Assembly: GCA_002726495.1 (NCBI GenBank)
Contig: PBTH01000020.1
Coordinates: forward strand, 6,650-70,649
Source: Methanobacteriota archaeon
GTDB lineage: Archaea > Thermoplasmatota > Poseidoniia > Poseidoniales > Poseidoniaceae
Direction of reading: 5' to 3'
Length of the DNA: 64,000 bases
The first letter of the stretch is position 1, and every line of letters starts with the position of its first letter. The position numbers were made by a program, and so were the translations under genes. Positions 57,349 through 64,000 of this stretch are shown here, in pieces. The notes under the pieces are model-generated. The model ran no database searches. It saw only the letters and a program-made list of their open reading frames with translations, and was not told where the DNA came from.

Positions 57349-60300
57349 ATGCGCTCTCGTATTGCCTTTGGTTTTGTCCTAGCATTGATGGTGCTTACTC
57401 CCCTATCTACCATGCTGGTTCAACCGGCCGAAGTCGCCTTTACTCAGGACAAACCAATGCCGAATCATGCAGTTGACTTCAGCGAGGAAGAACGCCTTGC
57501 TTTAGCCACGGAAATGTGGGGCGACATGCCTGAAGCTTCGTTGATTTCAGTTGAACTGTCACCGTCAACAGGTATGCTTCATCTTGCAAGCGGTTCATTT
57601 GACCCGCTTCTCTCAAGCGGGCCGGAAGTGATCCCCTCCTTTTCCAGGCCAAATGATGCCGTCCATACCGGATTTGCGATGGTTCAAATGCACGATACCA
57701 ACCGCGAATCGTTTGATGCTTTATCCAAAGAACATGACCTTGAAGTGTTGGATTTCCTTCATGATGAGGGATTTCTCGTCCGCTTACCGTCTCCGCCAAT
57801 GGATGTATTCTCCACACTCCAAGAGGACGAACGAATCCGATGGATTGGACATCAGCAACCTCAGTGGAGGATTGCTCCGCAATTGATTGATGAAGCCTTC
57901 ATTCCTCAATCGTTAACCTTCATCCCTGCATCAGACCTCGGCCACGGAGGCTATCCAGTTCTTGCCACAGATTTGATTCGCTATGGGGCCGATGAAGCGT
58001 GGTGTGATGCTTGGCTTTGTCGAGCAGTTGTTTCTGAGGAGACACTTGCGACCTTGTTGAGAAATGTGGCTCACGACGGTCGTATCATCTGGACTGAACC
58101 CTCTGCTGAATTAAGATTGCATAATGCACTTGCATGGTCCATTGCAGGAGTCCAAGATGTCAACAACAATGCATCATTTACTCTCGATGGATCCGGTGAA
58201 ATGATTGCCATAGCAGATACAGGTTTGGACAACAATCACCCTGATTTGACAGGGAGAGTGGCCGCCACATACACACAATTTGGACTTGATCCTTCCCCGG
58301 CCGATACCAATACAGGTCATGGTACTCACATTGCTGTTACAGTCGTCGGTAACGGCACGGGGGACTCATCCGCTCAAGGTGTCGCCCCAGCCGCCAACCT
58401 CGTCATGTATGCACTGGAGCACGACCCTACAGGTGTCTTTGGTAGAATTGGTTCAATTTACGATATCCTCAGAGATGCAGAGCAAATGACAGCGAGAATC
58501 GCTGTCAATGCATGGGGTCTGAATGGGAATTACGGCCAATACACTGCAGATGCGCGTTCAGTTGACATGTTTGTCAACGACCGAGATGATTTGACTCCGA
58601 TCTTTTCAATTGGCGACCGAGGTGGACAAGGTGCATCCCAAGTGACATCACCCTCGACTGCAAAAAACACCATCGCTATTGGAGCCTCCACTACAGGTTC
58701 TTCCGGAACAATTGCCGCAGGGGAAGTTGCAAACTTTTCATCGCAAGGACCATCACTTGACGGACGAATCAAGCCGGATCTTGTTGCTCCTGGTGTCGGT
58801 GTCTGTTCCGGGTTAGCTGAAGAGGCAAAATTCCCATCAGGTCCTTCCTGTTTGACCGGTTCGCATTCAACTGGAAATTCGTATTACATGGAACTTTCAG
58901 GTACTTCCCAAGCAACAGCAGTTGCTTCTGGAGTGGCGGCTTTAACACGTGAATTCCTTCGTGAACAAGCCGGTGTGAGTTCACCTTCCAGTTCTCTTGT
59001 AAAAGCAGCTCTCATCAACGGCGCTGAAGATTTGGGTACGCCCGATATTCCAAACGCTGACGAAGGATGGGGGCAAGTTGACCTTTCTCGTACCGTTCTG
59101 CCCATGGATGGAACAACTCCTTTGAATACATTCTTTGATGACAACAAACTTCTTTCCCCAGGATTTGGATTGCTTTATTCCTTCTCACTTGACCCGTCCC
59201 ATGGCGTTGACATCACGCTTGCATGGACCGATGAAGCAGGCAGTGCAAATGCCCCTCAAAGCCAACCAAGACTCGTTAACAACATGGATTTGATCCTCGT
59301 TGACCCGAACGGAGTTGAGTGGTTGGGCAATCAATTTGCAAACGGGATAACCACATCGGGTGGTACAGCCGATGATGTCAACAATGTCGAACGTATTCGC
59401 ATCCCAGCCGGAGCCCTCTCAGGTGGACAAGGACAGTGGATTTTGAAGGTCCTTCATCGTGGAGGGACTTCTCAAGACTTTGGCTTGGTCATGTCCGCTG
59501 TTGCAACGCCAACACCTCAAGCGGATTTGGCGGTATTTGATGGCAGCATCATTACTTCCTCGGTCAATCCGCTTCGAAACGACCTGATTGCAATCAGCAT
59601 TGCATGGGTCAATCAGGGGACGAGTCCATCCGGAAGCTTTGACATTCTCTTTGAGGATTTAACCTCTCAAGATGTCCTTACAGGCACAACGCGTAGTGGA
59701 TTGCAGCCAGGTGAGTTGGATGCTATTACCATCTATCATCAATTTGCAACAACTGGAATTCACACGCTTAGAGTATCTGTTGATACGACCGACCAAGTCG
59801 TAGAAATGAACGATGCAAACATAGGTACTGACAACAACATATGGACGGTTGATGTGGAAGTTATGGCTCTGGGAGTCCGTGTTGTTGTCGCTGATGCACA
59901 AGGAAATCTACCCACCACCAGTGCTGAGCGTGATGCTAATGCGAATCTTGTTCTCGATGTGAGGAACGATTCCGGAATTGATATTCCTCTAGCCGTGCTT
60001 CACGAAGGTACTGGGAATCAATCCGTCACCCTTTCATCGACGATGGTCCAAGTTCCATCACCAGACCGTGCAGACTTCTTCCTCCCCAGTCAAGACCAAT
60101 GGAGCCGAACGTTTGACGAAACGACCAACTTCATTCTTACCGCACAAGGTACCAACGATGCAAACAATACCATCAATTTGCGCTTGGAAGACTTGGATGC
60201 AGATTTGACAACCGACCCCCAAAGTCCTCGTTTTGTTCGGGCAGGGACCTATGTCATTGACATTACCGCCCGCTATGAATTCCAGCCTACTGTTGCTCAC

Positions 60301-62322
60301 AGTCAGCGTATTTACATCGTGGTTGAGCAGTTGGATCAAGTGAGCGTTGTCCCTGCGGGAACCAGTGGGTTACAAGCGGAACCAGGCAAATCTAGTTTCT
60401 TTTCTATCTCCGTAAAGAATACCGGTAATGCACCAGCTCAGTACAGTGTTGAGTGCTTCTCTGAACACCGTTGGCAGGTCATGCTCGGTGGTTCAAATTC
60501 ATCCCGTCTGGATTTTGAACCGCTCAATATTCAAGAATATCTCCCAATGGCAGTGCGAATCATCGTGCCTTTGGTAGCGGGTGGAATGCCGGCGGCTGGC
60601 GATACTGATACTGTGACGTGTTATGTCACTTCGCTGACTGATTTGACGATGAATTTCACCGAAACAGTATCGATTGAAGTTCTTCCGCAAGAATCCTTTG
60701 AAGTGCATCTCTCTGATGATGATGGCAGGGTTGGTCCGTCTCATTTAGCCAGTGATCATGCAGTTGATAGCGGTGAAAAGCTGCACATGAATCTAAGCGT
60801 TGAAAATACCGGGAACATAGCAGTGTCACTCGATGTAAGAGTTCAACCATCAAATCCACTATGGGCCATCCGGGTCAGTCATGACGGACAGGATGACTCT
60901 CGTACGCTTGGATTTAACATCCAACCCGGTGATACCAAGGTTGTTATGCTCGTATTTACCGTTCCCATTACCGCCGAAGAAGGGGATGAAAATGCCTTCA
61001 CAATTCGAACCGAACGCTCCTCAACCAACTTTAGATCAAATGTCACAGAACTCGTCGTGAGGGACGAACTCGCCGTTCAATTGACAGGCCCAGAAAACAA
61101 TCATATTGATGTGAGCATAGGAAATAATTTTGCTTACGCTGATTTCACCGTCAAAAACACCGGCAATACCGCACTTAGTTTGGAGTGGACTCATGGTTTA
61201 GCACCTGACGGTTGGACGGTTGGTTTCGCCAACCCGATTCTCTACTTGGAGCCAAGGGAAGAGGAAGTTGTCAGTTTCGGAATGACTCCACCCGCACAGG
61301 CGAATGTTTCTACTAATGCCTTTGAGATACTTGTGTCTGTCAATGGGACAAATACAGGCCGATTCACAGAAGATGCAGTCATGTTGTCGGTGGGTGTCTT
61401 GGAATCCATGTATGCCAATCTCACCGTTGAAGATACAGAAATTCGCCCGTTGGAAGAAATCCCTCGGGATGGTTCTGCTTCGCAAAATTTTGTACTCCGA
61501 AACGATGGTAATACGCCATTTAGCGGAGAAGTACAAGCTGAAATTCTTGACCAAGATGGAATGCTTCGTGATGACTGGAAGGTCACAATAACTCCAACAA
61601 CAGTTTCAGACCTCGCCGTTGGTTCAACGGTTCTATTGACCGTGACCCTTGAGCCGCTCGAAGATGTTTCAAGGTCAGTTGGATCACTCACCATCAATGT
61701 AACCGCAGACGGTCAACAAATCACCTCCTTTGCCATTGATGCTGGCGCCAAGGCCGCAGTAGGGAATCAGGGGCTCTTCAGTTCGTTATCACCAGGTGCT
61801 ACAGCATCTGTGTTGGGACTGATAGGAATTTGTGTCGCTGTTGTTGCTCGCCGTGTCAAAAAGTCAGGTGAACTGCACGACGATGGTTTGGAACTTGTTG
61901 CACCAGATTCCCATACCAATCCCGATTCAATGGGTGCTCGAAGAGATGAAGTATTGGATATCAGTAGCGCAGTTGACGACTTGACAAGCGGCGAGGTAAG
62001 TGATGAAGAGATCGCAAAAGCACTCATGCAATCTATGGATTTACCTTCAGCACCAGCAGCCGTCCCCTCCGGACTGCCTCCCGGGATGCCTCGAGCAGGA
62101 ATGCCTCCAGTAGGAATGCCTCCAAAGGGGCTCCCTCCAGTCCGCTCTCAAGCGCCTCTCCCGATGCCTTTGCCTTCGCTACCGGTTCAACCTGCCCAAC
62201 CAGCGGTAACGGTTGCTCCATCCGCTCAAGGCCCCCCTCTACCGCCAGATGGCCTCCCTCCGGGATGGACGATGGAACAATGGGCACATTACGGCCATCA
62301 GTGGCTTCAGCGTCAAGGATAA
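57349..62322 (+). CDS. Giant membrane-anchored subtilisin-like protease (S8) with a beta-sandwich/CARDB-like array, a Pro-rich linker and a Trp-rich tail
   Basis: A signal peptide is present. Triad motifs are 'IAIADTGLDNNHPDL', 'GHGTHIAVTVVGNG' and 'LSGTSQATAVASGVAAL'. A post-catalytic beta-sandwich follows ('ITLAWTDEAGS...LVNNMDLILVDPNG...NNVERIRI'). CARDB-like repeats include 'VKNTGNAPAQY', 'VENTGNIAVSL', 'VKNTGNTALSL' and 'LRNDGNTPFSG'. The TM helix lies at about nt 61801-61848. The tail ends 'GLPPGWTMEQWAHYGHQWLQRQG'. Confidence 0.9.
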   Translation: MRSRIAFGFVLALMVLTPLSTMLVQPAEVAFTQDKPMPNHAVDFSEEERLALATEMWGDMPEASLISVELSPSTGMLHLASGSFDPLLSSGPEVIPSFSRPNDAVHTGFAMVQMHDTNRESFDALSKEHDLEVLDFLHDEGFLVRLPSPPMDVFSTLQEDERIRWIGHQQPQWRIAPQLIDEAFIPQSLTFIPASDLGHGGYPVLATDLIRYGADEAWCDAWLCRAVVSEETLATLLRNVAHDGRIIWTEPSAELRLHNALAWSIAGVQDVNNNASFTLDGSGEMIAIADTGLDNNHPDLTGRVAATYTQFGLDPSPADTNTGHGTHIAVTVVGNGTGDSSAQGVAPAANLVMYALEHDPTGVFGRIGSIYDILRDAEQMTARIAVNAWGLNGNYGQYTADARSVDMFVNDRDDLTPIFSIGDRGGQGASQVTSPSTAKNTIAIGASTTGSSGTIAAGEVANFSSQGPSLDGRIKPDLVAPGVGVCSGLAEEAKFPSGPSCLTGSHSTGNSYYMELSGTSQATAVASGVAALTREFLREQAGVSSPSSSLVKAALINGAEDLGTPDIPNADEGWGQVDLSRTVLPMDGTTPLNTFFDDNKLLSPGFGLLYSFSLDPSHGVDITLAWTDEAGSANAPQSQPRLVNNMDLILVDPNGVEWLGNQFANGITTSGGTADDVNNVERIRIPAGALSGGQGQWILKVLHRGGTSQDFGLVMSAVATPTPQADLAVFDGSIITSSVNPLRNDLIAISIAWVNQGTSPSGSFDILFEDLTSQDVLTGTTRSGLQPGELDAITIYHQFATTGIHTLRVSVDTTDQVVEMNDANIGTDNNIWTVDVEVMALGVRVVVADAQGNLPTTSAERDANANLVLDVRNDSGIDIPLAVLHEGTGNQSVTLSSTMVQVPSPDRADFFLPSQDQWSRTFDETTNFILTAQGTNDANNTINLRLEDLDADLTTDPQSPRFVRAGTYVIDITARYEFQPTVAHSQRIYIVVEQLDQVSVVPAGTSGLQAEPGKSSFFSISVKNTGNAPAQYSVECFSEHRWQVMLGGSNSSRLDFEPLNIQEYLPMAVRIIVPLVAGGMPAAGDTDTVTCYVTSLTDLTMNFTETVSIEVLPQESFEVHLSDDDGRVGPSHLASDHAVDSGEKLHMNLSVENTGNIAVSLDVRVQPSNPLWAIRVSHDGQDDSRTLGFNIQPGDTKVVMLVFTVPITAEEGDENAFTIRTERSSTNFRSNVTELVVRDELAVQLTGPENNHIDVSIGNNFAYADFTVKNTGNTALSLEWTHGLAPDGWTVGFANPILYLEPREEEVVSFGMTPPAQANVSTNAFEILVSVNGTNTGRFTEDAVMLSVGVLESMYANLTVEDTEIRPLEEIPRDGSASQNFVLRNDGNTPFSGEVQAEILDQDGMLRDDWKVTITPTTVSDLAVGSTVLLTVTLEPLEDVSRSVGSLTINVTADGQQITSFAIDAGAKAAVGNQGLFSSLSPGATASVLGLIGICVAVVARRVKKSGELHDDGLELVAPDSHTNPDSMGARRDEVLDISSAVDDLTSGEVSDEEIAKALMQSMDLPSAPAAVPSGLPPGMPRAGMPPVGMPPKGLPPVRSQAPLPMPLPSLPVQPAQPAVTVAPSAQGPPLPPDGLPPGWTMEQWAHYGHQWLQRQG
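62071..62142 (+). repeat. In-frame tandem repeat of about 15 nt encoding (G-[ML]-P-[PR]-x) x5 in the cytoplasmic linker of the giant subtilase
   Basis: Protein: 'GLPP GMPRA GMPPV GMPPK GLPPV'. DNA units: GGAATGCCTCCAGTA / GGAATGCCTCCAAAG / GGGCTCCCTCCAGTC and flanking variants. Confidence 0.7.
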
Positions 62323-62363
62323 GACCGTGTCAATCTTGAAAGGTAAGAGGTCCTAGCCCTGCC

Positions 62364-62990
62364 ATGGGCAGCATTGTACTTTTTGGGCCGCCTGGGGCCG
62401 GTAAGGGCACTCAAGCACAGCGAATAATGGAGCACACCGGACTGCCTCAGGTTTCAACAGGGGACATGCTAAGAGCCGCAGTTAAGATGGGGTCTCCAAT
62501 CGGTTTGGAGGCAAAATCATTCATGGACAAGGGTGCTCTCGTTCCCGATGATGTGATTTTGGGATTGATAAAAGAACGAATTCAACACGATGATGCAGCA
62601 AATGGCGTCATGTTCGATGGTTTCCCAAGAACAATACCACAGGCTGAAGCATTGAGTAATTTAACAGAAATCACACATGTTCTGGCCATTGAGGTCCCTG
62701 ATGAGCGAATTGTTGAACGAATATGTGGTCGTGTGACCTGTGGCGCTTGCGGAAAGGTCTTTCATGATACCTTCAATCCTGTTCCTCCCGAAGGCTGTGA
62801 ATGTGGTTCATTTCAAGAAAAGCGTCGTGTTGACGATAATGAAGCAACGGTATTGACACGACTTGATGCATATCATGTACAAACATCTCCTCTAGCCGAT
62901 TGGTACCGCTCTCGAGGCTTGTTCCATTCAGTTGACGGTGACCGAGATATCGCAGATATTACCGATGACCTTCTCAACATTCTCAACTGA
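62364..62990 (+). CDS. adk: Adenylate kinase (long, bacterial-type, with a Cys4 zinc lid)
   Basis: P-loop 'GPPGAGKGTQA', 'VSTGDMLR', 'GFPRT', and lid 'CGRVTCGACGKVFH...CECG'. Confidence 0.95.
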   Translation: MGSIVLFGPPGAGKGTQAQRIMEHTGLPQVSTGDMLRAAVKMGSPIGLEAKSFMDKGALVPDDVILGLIKERIQHDDAANGVMFDGFPRTIPQAEALSNLTEITHVLAIEVPDERIVERICGRVTCGACGKVFHDTFNPVPPEGCECGSFQEKRRVDDNEATVLTRLDAYHVQTSPLADWYRSRGLFHSVDGDRDIADITDDLLNILN

Positions 62991-62995
62991 GGTTG

Positions 62996-63349
62996 ATGTT
63001 CATGGCTCGTAACCGACGTAGAACTTCTCGTCAGCAGCGCGGTGCTTCAGCAAAGGTTGCACAACAGCATTTGATTGAAATTTTATCATCCCCCTTGGAC
63101 CATCATCATGAGGTCGTTGATTCAGCAGCAGTACATTTGATGAAAATATCGCGGCGCCATCGGTTGTCAATTCCTTCAGAATCACGCCATTTGGTATGCA
63201 GGAAGTGTTGGATTGCCCATTCGATAGCGGGAAGGGTTAGAGTCCGCATTAAGGCCGGTCAACGAACGACAACTTGTCTTAAATGCGGAAGTATTCGCAG
63301 GCACGGTGGCGGACCTAAATTCCACCGCTCAAACCGAGGTGATGTTTAG
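62996..63349 (+). CDS. rnp4: RNase P protein component 4 (Rpp21 family)
   Basis: A basic N-terminus and a zinc ribbon 'VCRKCWIAHSIAGRVRVRIKAGQRTTTCLKCGSIRR'. Candidate starts are TTG 62993, ATG 62996 and ATG 63002. Confidence 0.8.
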   Translation: MFMARNRRRTSRQQRGASAKVAQQHLIEILSSPLDHHHEVVDSAAVHLMKISRRHRLSIPSESRHLVCRKCWIAHSIAGRVRVRIKAGQRTTTCLKCGSIRRHGGGPKFHRSNRGDV

Positions 63350-63615
63350 TGGCTTCCATTCCTGAACGAGTTCTCCGCCAAGCTAAATCAAGAGACTTTA
63401 GACCAAGTGTTCGTATTGGAAAGTCCGGCATCACTGAGACAGTTATTGATGAAATAAGCAATCAGCTCAAGTCCAAAGAATTGGTCAAAATTAAAGTTAA
63501 CAAAGGCCTGTTTGAACGAGAGCAACGTTCAGAGGTGTGGGCTTACATTGCAACGGAGACGAACTCAACCCTCGTTTTGCAACGAGGAAACATAGGCGTT
63601 TTGTGGCGTTCTTAG
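63349..63615 (+). CDS. YhbY/CRM-domain RNA-binding protein
   Basis: 'VRIGKSGITETVIDEISNQLKSKELVKIKV' matches the CRS1/YhbY signature. The GTG start overlaps the preceding TAG stop by 1 nt. Confidence 0.8.
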   Translation: MASIPERVLRQAKSRDFRPSVRIGKSGITETVIDEISNQLKSKELVKIKVNKGLFEREQRSEVWAYIATETNSTLVLQRGNIGVLWRS

Positions 63616-63678
63616 ACATCTCTCATGCAAATGGTCAAAGAGTGAATGCCTTTCCCTTGAAATAACTGGAGACTTTAC

Positions 63679-64000
63679 ATGAACTCAAATCTCTTTACAA
63701 ATAAAGGCCGCAGCATCTCATTTGGATTGTTGGTCTTTACTGGCTCCATGATTTGCATGGGCTCTTCTCAAGCAGGTGGAGGTGGAGGAATAAGCCTTGA
63801 CCTCCACATCAAGGAATCGTTGGAAACTCAAGCTGTCTGGGTCGGATTAGCAATTCTCATCGGCGTCTACGCCTTGATTATCACCGAAGTTGTTCACCGC
63901 ACTCTTGCGGCTGCACTTGGTGGACTTGCAGCAATGCTCGCCTTGAATTATTACACGGTTGAAGACGCGCTTTCCCTTGCTCAAGTCACCACAATGATCG
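63679..64000 (+). CDS. Partial (3'-truncated) membrane permease, ArsB/NhaD/CitMHS-like
   Basis: My own translation from ATG 63679 runs stop-free to the window edge: '[22 protein letters not shown]...[37 protein letters not shown]'. The 'I.E..HRT.AA..G' segment is typical of the first helices of ion-transporter-superfamily permeases. This ORF is not in the supplied track. Confidence 0.55.
   Translation, partial: MNSNLFTNKGRSISFGLLVFTGSMICMGSSQAGGGGGISLDLHIKESLETQAVWVGLAILIGVYALIITEVVHRTLAAALGGLAAMLALNYYTVEDALSLAQVTTMI

Noticed and set aside
1-64000. Search for CRISPR arrays, transposases/IS ends, integrases, rRNA or tRNA genes
   Set aside because: I saw no regularly spaced direct repeats, no recognisable transposase or integrase motifs in any ORF, and no gap long enough for rRNA. 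The only non-coding stretches over 150 bp are 9031-9207 and 20811-20999.

Overview
This is a densely coding window (about 40 genes, small intergenic gaps, many 4-nt start/stop overlaps) from an archaeal chromosome. The archaeal assignment rests on a type II GAPDH, the archaeosine synthase motif PCxxxKPY, an AglB/STT3 oligosaccharyltransferase, RNase P protein Rpp21, archaeal uS15, an archaeal PheRS beta subunit, GluRS, and proteins with class III (type IV pilin-like) signal peptides. The very large acidic surface proteins suggest an uncultured planktonic euryarchaeote of the Marine Group II / Thermoplasmata-related type. That placement is inference only. Five ORFs of 1,468 to more than 2,582 aa occupy roughly 44% of the window. 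The first ~33.5 kb reads as a cell-envelope island. It contains an AglB core fused to a huge beta-sandwich ectodomain, a small anchored subtilase, a beta-helix adhesin, a wHTH/NB-ARC-like/TPR STAND regulator, and an MBL hydrolase followed by three translationally coupled pilin-like genes. It ends with a giant protein of thrombospondin-type-3 calcium repeats plus a propeller, a giant Asp-box protein, and a metalloprotease lipoprotein. The remaining ~30 kb mixes housekeeping genes (dnaJ, arcS, rps15, gltX, rnhB, pheT, gap, adk, rnp4, yhbY) with more single-pass surface proteins, including a 1,657-aa anchored subtilase. I found no rRNA, tRNA, CRISPR array, transposase or integrase. The points most worth follow-up are: the AglB mega-fusion; the orphan pilin-like operon with no assembly ATPase in view; a Trp-rich extreme C-terminal cytoplasmic tail shared by otherwise unrelated giant proteins; the STAND regulator; and a pyroglutamyl-peptidase/Nudix fusion. 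All functional calls come from motifs read by eye. No database search was run.
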